Counted from the stretch's first letter, positions 13,612 through 60,534 are shown. The stretch: 64,000 nt of DNA from Octopus vulgaris (GCA_951406725.2 OX597834.1:36642001-36706000); one strand, 5' to 3'. Notes: generated by a model not told the origin, from the letters alone. Translations and numbers: made by a program.

Positions 13612-14430
13612 ATACGTGTGTTTGTGTTTCCATATAACTTAGGAGTTCAGCGAAAGCGACCGATAGAATAAGTACCTGATTTAAAAATATAGGACTAGAG
13701 TCGATTCATTCGACTAAAGATCCTTCAAAGCAGTGCCCCAGCATGGCCACAGTCTGATGACTGGAACAAGTAAAAGAATAAAGGATTGTATTCTGATATA
13801 ATCGTGATGTACCCAATTTTTTCGAAGTTATGAGGAAACAAAGTCAGTGGGGGCACACTTGTGTGCGTATGCCAGATAATGTATCTCTATTCTTACGTGA
13901 TGGTCTTGATGGAATTGTCTTCGATCATAAGTTTGTTGTGTGCTGGCAGTCCTTGGGTTAAACAGCTTTTGTGGATTTCTTGCTTAAGAACAAGCAAGAT
14001 GCTCTATATTTGTTTGGCCTTGGTCAACCCTTAACCAGGACACCTAATGATCAGAGACGCTCCAGTCGTGACCTCCCACTTTTTTCAGTAGTCCTAGTGT
14101 ATGTAGATTTTGATTTTTATCCAAAGTATTTCTTTCTCCTTTTATTTTTAAAGAAAAAATAAGTCAAGTACAGAAGCGTGTTATTTTAGATTTGGCTGTT
14201 ATTTCTAGCATATATATATTTTCATTTGTTTCAGCCATTTGACTGCAGCCATACTGGAGCACTGACTTTACTCGAGCAAATCGACCCCAGTACTTATTCT
14301 TTGTAAGCCTAGTACTTATTCTATCGGTTTGTTCTGCCGAACCGCCAGGTACGAGGATGTTAAACACACCATCAGTTGTCAAGCGATGGTGGGGTGACAA
14401 ACACAGCCACACAAAACATACACACACATA

Positions 14431-15715
14431 CGAGGGGCGTTCAATAAGTAATGCCCCTGAACCACTTCCCATAGCAGTAGAGCAACGAAACTTGGCACAA
14501 TTATTAGTCTTTTTCTACATAGGAACCACCCAGAGTTACGCATTTCTCCCATTGTTTGATGCGGCTCTGGAGACCGTTTTTGTAGAAGAACCCAGCTTGG
14601 TCCTCCAACCTCAACGTGACTTCAGAAATCAAGGCTGCATCATCTGGGAAACGCTTTCCTTTCAAAAACAACTTCATGATTGGGAAGAGGTGAAAATCAG
14701 AGGGTGCAAGGTCAGGAAAGTAGGGGGGATGGGGAGGAGTTCATAGCCATACGCCTGTGCTTCTGATCTGGCGACAAGCGAGTTGTGGACCGGAGCGTTG
14801 TCCTGCAGGAGGAGGATGCCTTTGCTGATCTTGCCCCGCCTCTTGATTTTGATAACTTCTCTTAATTTCCTCAAAAGTGAAGCATAATAGGCTCCTGCAA
14901 TTGTGGTACCCTTTGCCAGAAAATCTGTCATTACTACTCCGTCCTGGTCCCAGAAGACTGTGAGCATGACCTTGCCAGCGGAGGGCTGCATCCTTGCCTT
15001 CTTTGGAGGTGGTGAGTCACGGTGCTTCCACTGCATTGACTGGGCTTTGGTCTCTGGATCATCGTGATGGACCCAGGTTTCATCCTGTGTAATCAATCTT
15101 TTGAAAAATTTTGACTCATCTTCTTGGCACATCTCCAAATTCACCCTCGAGCACTCGACGCGTTCTTGCTTCTGGAAAGGCGTGAGCAACCTGGGAATCC
15201 ATCTGGCAGACACCTTTTGCACATGCAAATGGTCATGAATGATAGTTTCCACAGACCCGGTACTAATCTTGACCTCATGGGCTATTTGGCGAATAATTAT
15301 GCGTCGATCTTCCAAAATGGCAGCCTCAACTTGACGGACAGATGCCTCATCAATGGCAGAGGGGGCGACCAGATCTGGGAGCTGTTTCCACAGAGTTCCG
15401 ACCATGTTTGAATTCACGATGCCAGCGTTTTACAAGGTCATATGATGGGGCATCATCACCATAAGTTACTTTCATTTCATCAAAAGTCTCCCGTGGTGTG
15501 CGTCCTTTCAAATACAAAAACCGAATCACTGCTCGACACTCAACAGGCTCCATTTCACACTTGACTCGGTTCAAACACCTGTAAATCAGAAACCACAATT
15601 AATTCAGAGCTTTGCCACTTACTCTATAGAGATATTAATGATTGCACATGCAAAATTTCAGCTAGATCAAACAACTGCAAGTGGGTCAGAGGCATTACTT
15701 ATTGAACGTCCCTCG
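14431..15715 (-). mobile_element. Full-length mariner (DD34D) transposon, 1285 bp, Himar1/irritans-like
   Basis: TIRs CGAGGGGCGTTCAATAAGTAATGCCCCTGA / TCAGAGGCATTACTTATTGAACGTCCCTCG; TA on both sides (14429-14430, 15716-15717); transposase inside. Confidence 0.95.
14504..15553 (-). pseudogene. Mariner transposase with two frameshifts
   Basis: MEPVECRAVIRFL...RSGRP, then shift near 15360 into WIPRLL, TQDETW, LQDNAPVH, then shift near 14730 into HPPYFPDLAPSDFHLF...YVEKD*. Confidence 0.92.
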
Positions 15716-15874
15716 TATATATGATGGGCTTCTTTCAGTTTCCATCTACCAAATCCACTCACAAGGCTTTGGTCGGCCCGGAGCTATAGTAGACACTTAC
15801 CCAAGGTGCCACGCAGTGGAGCTGAACCCAGAACTATGTGGTTGGTGAGCAAGTGTCTTACCACACAGACACAC

Positions 15875-15919
<45 letters not shown>

Positions 15920-16375
15920 TGATAAAAACGGTAAGATAAGAGAAAGGAAAGAGACCTCGATATTATGTAAATAGAGGAAATTATCTGTAAATGTAATATG
16001 TGACAATTAAGGCTCCGGGTTCAGTCCCACTGCGTGACACCTTGAGCAAGTGTCTTCTACTACAGCCTCGGGCCGACCAAAGTCTTGTGAATGGATTTGG
16101 TAGAGAAAACTGAAAGAAGCCTGTCCTATATATATATATATATATGCGTGTGTCTGTGTTTGTGTGTGTCTCTGTGTGTGTGCTTGTATTTGTCCCCTCA
16201 CCATTGCTTGACAACTGACGTTGGTGTGCTAACGTCCCCTGTAACCTAGCGGTTCATCAAAAGTGACCAATAGAATAAGTACTAGGTTTACGAAAATAAG
16301 TATTGGGTTCTGTTTGTTTGACTAAAGGCGGTGCTCCAACATGGCCACGGTCAAATGACTGAAACATGCATGTAA

Positions 16376-16560
16376 ATGTAACCACATGTGAATCGTTAGC
16401 GATTTTCTTCCTCTGTCTTCTTTTCTATTGGCCTTTCCTCTGTTTCTGAAGAAGAGCGTCTGCTCGAAACGTTCAACCATCTTTCTTTCCCTCCCTGAGC
16501 GTCTGCTGATATTTTACATGTAGCATATCCTCGCGTTGTTGTTCCTTTTTTTTGAATTCA
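16376..16560 (+). mobile_element. Diverged copy of the same repeat, hammerhead motif at 16442-16477
   Basis: GUUU-CUGAAGA-A-GAGC(GUCU)GCUC-GAAAC-GUU-CAAC, canonical CUGANGA core. Confidence 0.65.
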
Positions 16561-16564
16561 CCAA

Positions 16565-16955
<391 letters not shown>

Positions 16956-16974
16956 ACTTAGTATATAACAAGGA

Positions 16975-18270
16975 AGTAGATGTGCATAACAGAGGTGCAT
17001 GTGCATGAGTGCAATAGAGCTTGCAAGGCTGAGGCTAATGCTAGTGCATTGATTACAAATACAGTGTACAGTGTTGACCATCCCACCTTTGTCGGAGCGG
17101 CTTCTGGTGAAGGATAGAGTTCGATGCTACTGCCCCCTTTTGAGTTTCTTGCTTAGATATTGGCTCATCCGGAATCTCGGCGAGCCAGAGGTCAAGTTTA
17201 CGTTTGAAAACGTCTACATCCACTCCATGGAGGCTCCTCAGATGTTTCGTACATCGTCCTTGCCCGAGATGAAGCAGTCGACACAATGGGGACGGCACAG
17301 TAACGTCCTGTTCGTGGTCTGGTATAACTCTTTATTCCAAAGTTTGGTACCAGTCCTTCCAGTATCTTCCATATGTATATCTCTGCATACCTCTCCCGCC
17401 TTCGTTCCAGGGAATAGAGTCGCAGCTCTTTCAACCTGTCCCAGTAACTCAATCGTTCCATGGATGCAATTTTCTTTGTGTAATGTCATTGGACTGCTTC
17501 AAGCTCTGCTATCGTCCTTGTAGTATAAGGCAACCATAGGTGAGAGCAGTAGTCCAGGCGGCTGAGGATAAATGACTTCCATAATGTCATCATAGTTTCT
17601 TGGTCCCTTGTCTAGAAGGTTCTCAGAATCCAACCGGCCAGTCTTCTGGCTACTGCTACCATTTTGTTGATATGTGTGTGAAATGAGGCATTGTTGCTCA
17701 TTTCTATTCCAAGATCACGCACCGTATTTGATTCTGGGATCGTTGCTCCACTTGGATCAACGTACTGATCTCGTGATTCCTGAGCAGTGCTTAACTGGTG
17801 GCGGAAGGCCTGGAATTTACTTGCATTAAATTGCATGTTGTTATCCTCAGCCCATGTATAGATGGCATCTAGATTTTTCAGAGGTTTCCTTGACTGGCTG
17901 TGCGACTTTTGTGTCGTCGGCATAGCTGGTAAGCATGACTACCTTTGTCACTGATGGCATATCCGATAGGGCTACCATGAAAAGCAGTGGACCCAGCACA
18001 GTGTCCTGGGGCACTCCACTCACTATTGGTGTCTCTGTGGAGAGAACTCCGTTGGCTGCTACAGTTTGGCTCCTGCCCTTTAGGTAATCATGCAGCTACT
18101 CTCCGACTTTACCTGTGATGCCGAGTCCCCGTATTTTGTGGCATATCATTCCATGGTCGACCTTGTCAAATGCCTTCGCAAAGACAAGGTATATCACATC
18201 CACTTTTGAGCAGTTGATTAATTGCTTCTGTACCCAGTCATAGTGTTGCAGAAGCTGTGTAAGACAGCTT
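16975..18270 (-). mobile_element. Decayed CR1-clade LINE 3' fragment (reverse transcriptase pseudogene)
   Basis: Remnants SCLTQLL..., VIYLVFAKAFDKVDH, VPQDTVLGPLL, SYADDTK, LSYWDRLKELRLYSLERRR with stops and frameshifts; 5' end abuts a SINE. Confidence 0.9.
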
Positions 18271-18506
18271 ATGCGTAACTGGTACTTAATTTATCGACCC
18301 CGAAAGGATGAAAGGCAAAGTCGACCTCGGCGGAATTTGAACTCAGAACGTAGCTGCAGACGAAATACCGCTAAGCATTTCGCCCGTCGTGCTAACGTTT
18401 CTGCCAGCTCGCTACCTTGTGTCAAGCTTATAAAAAATACATACATACATACGTACGTACATACATACATACATACATACATACATACATACATACATAC
18501 ATACAT

Positions 18507-18553
<47 letters not shown>

Positions 18554-18577
18554 TACATACATACATACATACATACA

Positions 18578-18609
<32 letters not shown>

Positions 18610-19402
18610 ACAACAATAATAATAAATAAATAAAAATAAATAAACGAAACGGAAAAGATAAAATTAATTCCTAAGATTAATTACTGCAGACAAATCTCAG
18701 TTGCTCTTTACAAAAACTTACCTTTCTTTCATCAACTTCACACCCTAAACATGTTTATAAATCATTTATTGATATTTCAGCATTGAATATTGAATACCTT
18801 CCCGTTTTAGATCATACGATCTACTTACAGTTGCTTCAGTTATAAGACAATGATGGCGACGATATACTAATCCTACTTTATCCCTTCTATCAATACTACT
18901 TAAGAGAATTCTATTGTTTAATCAATGGCATTCATTAAGGATTAGTAAAAACTGTGTTATCCAATCATATCACACTCTCTTAATTCTCTTATATTTTATT
19001 CTCTGCCATGCTCTGTTAATCTATTATATTATATTATAATATATTATATTACATTATATCATCTTAAGGTATATTATATGTCGTATCACCCATACTGTAA
19101 CCCTGTTATGATTCTATATCCTGTCATGTTATATCGTTGTCATTAATATCGTCACCATTGTCATCGTCACCATCATCATCACCAGAATCATTATTATCAT
19201 CATCAATAGCATTGTCATCGTCATAGTCGTCGTTGTCGTCAGTTTTGTCATCATTATTATAGTTTGCGTCATCATTGTCGCCATCGTCACTGCCATTGCC
19301 GTTGTCATCATTATCATCATCATCGTTGTCGTCATTGCCACCATCGTCGTCGTCGTCGTTGTCATCGTTATCGTCATCATCATTATCGTCGTCATCATCA
19401 TC

Positions 19403-20475
19403 ATAATAATAATAATAATTGTGTACAGTGCTCAGGTGCACTACAACTCATCTAAAGTGTATATATAATCAGGTGTAGTTTCGACGGATTTCGGGAAGCA
19501 TGAGGGCCTTAAAGGATGCAGTGTCATGGCAGTCAACAACTGATGCAGGCAGTTTATTCCACGCTTCAGCAACCCTGAGCGTGAAAAAATGTTTCCGAAA
19601 GTCATGGGAGCTGTGCTGTTTTCTGACTTTGTAGGCATGTCCGCGTGTGTTAGACACATGGAGATCAAAAAGGTGTTCAGTGTTGTTGTTGGTGAGGTGG
19701 TTGATAACCTTGTGGGTGTTTACCAAGTCCGTCGCCAGACGCCGGAGCTTCAGTGAATCCATGCCCAGGGAAACAAGGCGCTCAGAATATGGTAGGTGTC
19801 TGATGGAGGGTATGCGTTTGGTTGCACGTCTCTGGACAGATTCCAGGAGGTCAATGTTCTGAGCAAGATAGGGATTCCAAACTGATGATGCAAATTCCAA
19901 GTGTGGTCGTACCATAGCTGTATACAGTTTTAAATAGATGGCTGGAGAGCGGCTAACAAAAGTCTTGCTGAGTGATGCCAAGACACCCTCGGCCTTCTTG
20001 ACAATTTTAGAGATATGCTTTGTCCAACGCAAATCACTGCTGACAGTGATGCCTAGGTCACGCTCGCAAGAGGATTTCTTGATATCAGTGTTGTGGAGGG
20101 AGTATGTGGACGCAGGGTTTTTTCTCCCAAAATGCATGGTGGTACACTTGTCCACAGCCAGTTTCAGTTGCCAGTCTGTGATCCATTGCTGCATTGTGTC
20201 TAGGTCTGATTGCAGGAAAGAGTTGTAGACATCAGGATCAGTCCTCTTGATTTCAAGGTACAGCTTGATGTCGTCTGCATATTTCAATACTGTGGCATTC
20301 TTTAAATTGGCATCTATGTCATTAATGTATGCCACAAACAGGAGGGGACCAAGGACAGATCCCTGTGGTACACCCGATGACATCTCATATGGTGTAGAGT
20401 GCTGTCCTAGAACTGTGACTACTTCCTTTCGGCTGAGGATGAAGGATTTCAACCAGTTAAAAAGGTCATCATCAC
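19403..20475 (-). mobile_element. 5'-truncated CR1-clade LINE with uninterrupted RT C-terminal half
   Basis: GVPQGSVLGPLLF, KYADDIKL, ERDLGI, VRPHLEFASSVWNPY, WNKLP; stop at 19469; (ATT)n tail at about 19403-19420; embedded in a (GAY)n tract. Confidence 0.93.
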
Positions 20476-20965
20476 GGTTGTCATCATCATTATCGTTGTT
20501 GTCATCATCATTACCATTGTCATCATCGTCGTCGTCATTGTCATCGTTATCGTCATCATCATCATCATTGTCATCATCATCATCATCGTCGTCGTCATCA
20601 TCATTGCCATTATCATCATCCTCATCGTCGTCATTGTCACCATCGTCGTCGTCATCATTGTCACCATCCTCATCGTCGTCGTTGTCATCATCATCATCAT
20701 CATCATCATCATAATCAGCGTTGTCATCGTTATCATCATCATCATCATCATCATCGTCATCGTCGTTGTTATCGTCGTCATCGTTGTCATTGTCATTGTC
20801 ATCATCATCTGCTAAATCCATTCACATGGTTTTGGTTGGCCTGGGGCAAGAGTAGAAGACACTTGCCCAAGGTGCCAAGCAGTGGGACTGAACTGGGAAC
20901 CCTGAACCCGGAACCAAACTTCTTACCACACAGCCACTCCTGCACCAATATATATATATACACAC

Positions 20966-21034
<69 letters not shown>

Positions 21035-21245
21035 GGAGGTAATGATGTCATTGAGACCCAAAGGTGTCAGGTAATGCTGAATAAGTGCTATAGACAGACC
21101 ATAGTTAAGTTCCAGGTTTGGTGATTTTGTGAATAAGGGGTTCAACATTGGTCAAATGTCAGCGTGTGTATATAAGAATTTTTTGCATAATGAGATAAAA
21201 AAAAACCCAAGGCTGTGTAGATATTAGAATATTTATAGATAGAAG

Positions 21246-21297
21246 GTCTTACAGCTGTTTCCAGGATATTTATTAATTATATCCCTTCATTGGAGAT
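21246..21297 (-). ncRNA. Degenerate hammerhead motif, same family as 36697-36752
   Basis: Minus strand AUCU-CCAAUGA-AGGGAUAU...AUAUCCUG-GAAAC-AGCU-GUA-AGAC; core mutated. Confidence 0.55.
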
Positions 21298-21320
21298 GGT
21301 GTCAGAGGATGGTTAAGTAA

Positions 21321-21718
21321 TCTTTATATATAAAAGTGAAATTGTGTGTCTGTCCCCTACGATTTAGATTCCTAACTACTCCCACATTTTGCGGTGCAGT
21401 TTAACCAAAACCAGGTATCTTATAGTCGTGATTCATATCGAGCCCTTCTGGGTATTAGCACGCGTCTACGATGAGTCTACGATTTAAAAAAAAATTTACC
21501 ATCATTTTTTTCCATTTTAATGCATTTTTTCGCTATTATATAAGGGAAGTAACTCTCTAAAAATGTCTACGATGAGTCAACGATTTTAAAAAAAATTTAC
21601 CATCATTTTTTTTCCATTTTTAATGCATTTTTTTGCTATTTTTTGGCTATAACTCTCTAAAAATGCTTATATAGTTATTTCCCTTACAAACCCGAGCAAC
21701 GCCGGGCGATACTGCTAG
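21321..21718 (+). mobile_element. Non-autonomous Helitron
   Basis: Starts TC after an A, ends CTAG before a T, subterminal hairpin CCCG-agcaacgc-CGGG, no TSD; internal duplication of about 100 bp; near-identical to 12878-13175. Confidence 0.85.
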
Positions 21719-22053
21719 TAATATATATATATTAATAGCAGTTTCACTCAGCTCTGTACAACTTAAAGTTTCATAGGGTCATAGAATGAAACCTAACTCA
21801 TCAGACATCTGGAGACAGAGTAAAAGGATGAGACAAACTCAAGATGGCTTTTAGATGTTAAGTCTTTATTGATCAACCTAAGTTCCTCCATCTTTAATTG
21901 GGCTTAACTTTTTATCCCTTAGGGTGTCCAAAAATCACCCTTTGCACCAAGTGAGTTTGCTAGTATCGCTGGTTTAGTCACTGATGACCTGAACATGCAG
22001 CAACTTGTATAGGGATACGTGTTACCAGTAGTGCAAGAGGGAGCATGTGCGAA

Positions 22054-22128
<75 letters not shown>

Positions 22129-22682
22129 ACACAAACACATACACACACACACAAACACACACACACGTACACACACACACACACATACACACACACATGC
22201 ACACACATATACACAGCGTTCACTATCAGGTCCAGACCTTGTCACAATATATGGATTTTGTGCCTCAGTGACCCCCGAGAGCCTTACATGCAGGTCAGGT
22301 CAAAGGATAGGGGTTAGACTAATATGGACCACCTAATGCCAGAAGTACAGAAAGATTTGTGTGAGGCCAACAGCGCTAACCAGTAAAATACTTACCCATC
22401 GCTTCAACCCTGTCACGTAACTTTATTCCTTTCTGTTTCATCTCCTAACAATGACAGGAATTGAAAAACAAAAACAAAAAAAATACAGAAAAAGCAAAAA
22501 CGAAAAAAAAAAATGAAGTAGTCGCAGTGAAAATCCAAACCGATGGAACCAGTGCGAGACATCGGTGAGGGACTCGGCTGTTACTAAGTATTAACATCTT
22601 ACTATAACAGAGGGGGGAAAATTAGTTTTAGGTCAGTTTTGATAGAGACAGACCGACACAAACACGCACAATTTTATATATA

Positions 22683-22751
<69 letters not shown>

Positions 22752-22784
22752 ATATATATATATATGTGTATATATATATATATG

Positions 22785-22850
<66 letters not shown>

Positions 22851-23454
22851 GCATACACACACACAATTTATATACATATATACATACATACATATGTATG
22901 TATGTATCCATCATTATTTATATATATATATATATGTACACATATATGCACATATATGTATATATATGTGTGTGTGTATATATATATATATGTATCTATC
23001 TATATATATTATATATACATGCATACACACACACACTGACACACACACACACACATGCATACATACATATATAGCCACACATGCAATATAACAGTGATGA
23101 ATGCTGACAGAACCACAGACCTCGACCCGTTCGGTGGCCAAATTACACCTCAATGTCTGCCCTGAACACTGCTGCCAGTTGATTCATTTAAAAGCTATAC
23201 AACAACATCAACAACAACAACAGCCACAACAAACAATAACAGCAACATCTTTGGAAGAGAAACAGGAAGATCTTTGGTTTGTGTTGCTTATTTGTTGCCT
23301 TATATTTTTGGTATAAAATGCTTTATTTTTTATTTATTTTCTTTATTATTTGTTTAAGTGTTTTTTTTCTTTTTGTTTAGTAGTTTTTGTGGAATATATT
23401 TATATAAATTTGGTATAATTTGCTTGATAAAATTGCAGGTGTATATATACATAC

Positions 23455-23494
<40 letters not shown>

Positions 23495-23691
23495 GCATAG
23501 GCACAGGTGTGGCAGCCATGTGGTAAGAAGCTTGCTTCCAAACCATGTGGTTCCAGGTTCAGTCCCACTACATGGCATCTTGAGCAAGTGTCTTCTACTT
23601 ATAGCCTCAGGCCAACAAAGCCTTGTGAGTGGATTTGGTAGAAGGAAACTGATAGAAGCCTGTCATATATCTATCTACTTTTCTATCTATG

Positions 23692-23774
<83 letters not shown>

Positions 23775-23807
23775 GTATATGTATATATATATATGTATAT
23801 ATATATA

Positions 23808-23850
<43 letters not shown>

Positions 23851-23946
23851 GTGTGTGTGTGTATATATATATACATACATGCACACACACTCACACACAC
23901 ATATATATATATGTATATATATATATCTATATCTATCTATCTATAT

Positions 23947-23978
<32 letters not shown>

Positions 23979-24097
23979 ATATGTATATATATATATATGT
24001 ATATATATAGATATATATATATATATATATATATCTATATATACATATGTATGTATGTGTGTGTGTGTATATATATATACATACACACACACACACT

Positions 24098-24143
<46 letters not shown>

Positions 24144-25117
24144 AAGATTATGATGGTAGTGGAAGAAATGGGGATTAAAAAGAGACATTGTTGACATGAT
24201 GATAATGGTGGCAAGGACTTTAGTAACAGCAATGTTGGTGGTGATGACATGAGGTGTTGAAGTGACAGCATCATCGCCGATGACGACAGTGGTGATTATG
24301 ATAAGGATGGTGACAATGACGTCAGTGACAACGACTGATGTTGCTCTTGGTGATGGTGACGACGATGACCACAACTACGATGATGATGATTAGGATTATG
24401 ATGATGATGATGATGATGGCAATGACCACAGAATTGATGAAAGTACTACTGATACCGAGTGATGATGATGATGATGATGATGGTGATGGTGATGGTGATG
24501 GTGATGGTGGTGATGATAACAATGATGGTGATGATGATTACAATGATGGTGATGATGATGATGATAGCATGGCGTTGAGCATCAAAGCTAGTGTAAACAA
24601 TGTTGATAGGAGATTTGTAGTTGTTATGGTCACTTGGCTATTAATTCTTTTCAATCAAGTGGACAATAGTTAATCTATTTGCTGACATGTTGGGTGTATA
24701 TAATAATAAATTGACTGCTCTGTCACCTAACCATTAACACGTATACACATGACATACGTATATATATATATGCATGTTCACATAGATACATTCATACAAG
24801 CACACACACACACATATATTTATATATATATACATACATTCTATACATGCATGTACATATATACATACATGCATAAATGTGTACACATACATAGATACAT
24901 ACAAATATAAATACATATAAACACACATTCATACATGTACATAGATACATACACACATACATATATGTACATAAACATACATATACATACAGAAACATGC
25001 ATTCTTACACATACATATATACACGCATACACATTCACACACTCGTACATATATATATGTATATATACTTACACTCACATCGACACACAAATCTGTGTAT
25101 ACATATATACATACATA

Positions 25118-25455
25118 CATGATGATGGCTGTCCACTTGTGACCTTCAGGAACACTGTGCACTCTAGGACTAACTTATATTTTGCATTTATGGCTCTGTT
25201 GGTGGCTAATGAGCTCTGCGCTTGACAAGCATACACGGCTGCAAACTTTGCCAACCATGCTTTCCCCATTCACTAAGCTAGCAGTGTGATTTCGAGAGCA
25301 GCACGCTTAAATTCTTCATGAAGAATATGTGCTCTTTCAAAGGTGTCAATCCCATCTTTAACCTATTTCCTCCATTTGTGGTGATGACAGGTATTGCTCT
25401 CCCAGTTGGTCTCCTGCATACACAGGCCTTTAATGAGGACTTGACACAGGCCTTA

Positions 25456-25458
<3 letters not shown>
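25118..25458 (-). mobile_element. Decayed RTE-type LINE 3' end
   Basis: Minus-strand remnants FKACVKSSLKAC, WESN...KWRK*VKDGIDTFE and a zinc-finger-like KVCSRVCLSSAELISHQQSH, ending in a (CAT)n tail. Confidence 0.65.
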
Positions 25459-25495
<37 letters not shown>

Positions 25496-25628
25496 CCCAC
25501 AAGAGTAAACAAGAGAGACAGAGAAAGGCAGAAACAAGGAAAATGCCACTTATATTTGAACACTATACAAATATTCTTTTAAAAAAACTTTTCTTTTAAT
25601 TTTTCTAAATTTAATTTTTTAATTGTTA

Positions 25629-25665
25629 CAGTTGAAAAGGTCTCAAATGACCGAAACCGGTACTG
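25629..25665 (+). ncRNA. Minimal hammerhead motif, U3-A8 core variant
   Basis: CAG-UUGAAAA-GGUC(UCAAAU)GACC-GAAAC-CG-GUA-CUG; palindromic ACCGGU stem III. Confidence 0.6.
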
Positions 25666-25709
25666 AAATGTTCTTTATAAAATTATTTTACCATTTTCTA
25701 TCTTAACTT

Positions 25710-25910
25710 GTTGACCGCGTGTGTACCGTTAGCGATTTTTTTCCTCTGTCTTTCCTTCTCTGGATCTTTCCTTCTCCTATGTTTCCGACGAAGAGCTCCG
25801 CTCGAAACGTTAAACCCTCCTTCTTTCCTTCTTTCCTGAGCGTCCAATAATACTATATTTGTTCCACGTCTTCGCGTTGTTGTGTTTTTTTTGTGCTTTC
25901 TTGTTTGGAT

Positions 25911-25915
<5 letters not shown>
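25710..25915 (+). mobile_element. Same repeat, hammerhead motif at 25781-25815
   Basis: Near-identical to 13279-13475. Confidence 0.7.
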
Positions 25916-25948
<33 letters not shown>

Positions 25949-26364
25949 CACATATAGACAGGTTATACTTCCTAAGCAAGGATGGTGACTGGTGTCTCAA
26001 ATCTGTATTGGTGGTCATATGAACCATGGATTGTGACACTGAAACATCTGCAGCAGAGACAAGAGACCAGTAACTATTGTGCACAAGTTTGTGACCTTGA
26101 AATCAATAACATAATTAGGATAGCTAATGAACTTGGAGAGAGGCATGTAATAAAATCTGATACAAATCTCTTCTCAAGGAGCAGTGGTAAAAATCTATTG
26201 ATCAGAAGAGACAAGAAAATTGCAGCAAAACTGCATGGTAGTGGTGTCAGATGTAGCATACAGACCATCATATCATATAATCACATGACCAACTAGGCTA
26301 TCAGATATTGTTACACATCGCTGGTCACACACACACACACACACTCACATCCACATCTATCCAT

Positions 26365-26416
<52 letters not shown>

Positions 26417-27078
26417 CTATTCATCCATATACACACATATGTGTACATGACAGGCTTCCTCATAGTTTCCAGCTACTGAGTTCATTCACAAGGCATCAGT
26501 TGACCCAAGACTGTAGTGAAAAGCACTTCCCCAGGGTGCCGCACAATGGGACTGAAACCAAGACCACATGGACTCAGTGGCAGAGCAAGGTTCTTAACCA
26601 CACAGCCAAGCTTGTACCCATATACATATATGGAAGTTCTTTTACTGTTTCCCCACCTAAAATTGGTTTATATAACCGCTTGATATTATTTTTTGGCGTT
26701 GTTCTATCTTTTCAGCTAATACCAAAATTTCATTCTTCAAAAGGAACAAAAACCAGGATTTCAAGACTACATAACAATGGCTAGAAGAGATTTTGGTTCT
26801 TTCCATGCTTCAAACGTACAAGAACTCTTGGAATTACCAGATGTAAATATTTTATTTATTTACTTATTTATATTCTTTTAAATAAATTTTTTTTTCATTA
26901 TGTGTGCTTGTTTTAAATCATTTACTCTGTGTCCTTATGTTTTATGGTGGTCTCTCCTGTCATAGACAATAGGAGAAAGCGCAGTTCTATATTTAAGGGA
27001 TGAGGAATTATTTACATTATTTACTTTAGCTACATTATTTACATTTGACAGATATTTGTCCTCATCTTGTTTGTTGTT

Positions 27079-27124
27079 AACACAACGTTTCGGCTGATAT
27101 ACTCTCCAGCCTTCATCAGGTGTC
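27079..27124 (-). ncRNA. Minimal type I hammerhead ribozyme motif
   Basis: Minus strand GACAC-CUGAUGA-A-GGCUG(GAGAGUAUAU)CAGCC-GAAAC-GUU-GUGUU; palindromic AACGUU replaces stem III. Confidence 0.78.
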
Positions 27125-27173
27125 TTGGGGAAATTTCAAACCTGGGTTCTCATTCCTAAGATATTTTTCGATC

Positions 27174-27222
<49 letters not shown>

Positions 27223-27472
27223 CATCACCATCACCATAACGACTACCGTCACCACTGCCACCACTACCATCATAGCAACTATCACCACCATAACATTTTC
27301 ACCACCATTTTCACCACCACCACCACCATCACCACCACCACCGTCATCACCACCACTATCACCACTGCCACCTATATCACCACCACCACCATCATCACCA
27401 CAACCACTCCGACTGTCGCCACAACCACCACCACTACAGCAACTACTCTCCTTCTTTTCTGTTTCCAACCAG

Positions 27473-60439
<32,967 letters not shown>

Positions 60440-60528
60440 TTAAGACCACAGAATACACCAATATGCATGCATACACATGCACACACGGAATACTCAACAA
60501 TGCTGCTTATAACAATGAGGATAATGTT

Positions 60529-60534
60529 ATTAAA
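60529..60534 (+). promoter_or_regulatory. Candidate polyadenylation signal ATTAAA
   Basis: About 90 nt after the stop codon, followed by U/GU-rich sequence. Confidence 0.35.

Larger units (their letters stand above)
14220..15870 (-). mobile_element. SINE family A copy split by the mariner insertion
   Basis: 3' half at 14220-14430 and 5' half at 15718-15870 rejoin to match 57465-57868. Confidence 0.8.

Noticed and set aside
19469-20821. 450-aa ORF as a host acidic or biomineralisation protein
   Set aside because: The acidic part is a microsatellite that continues on the other side of a truncated LINE; the rest is LINE RT.
22543-23165. ATG-initiated segments at 22543 (MEPVRDI) and 23097 (MNADRTTDLDPFGG) as lyase exon 1
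   Set aside because: The first has a phase-1 donor that does not fit the phase-0 acceptor at 27473; the second hits a stop with no donor.
27125-27472. Ile/Thr/Pro-rich N-terminal extension of the lyase (signal or mucin-like)
   Set aside because: It is (ATT)n/(ACC)n repeat upstream of a good splice acceptor at 27472.
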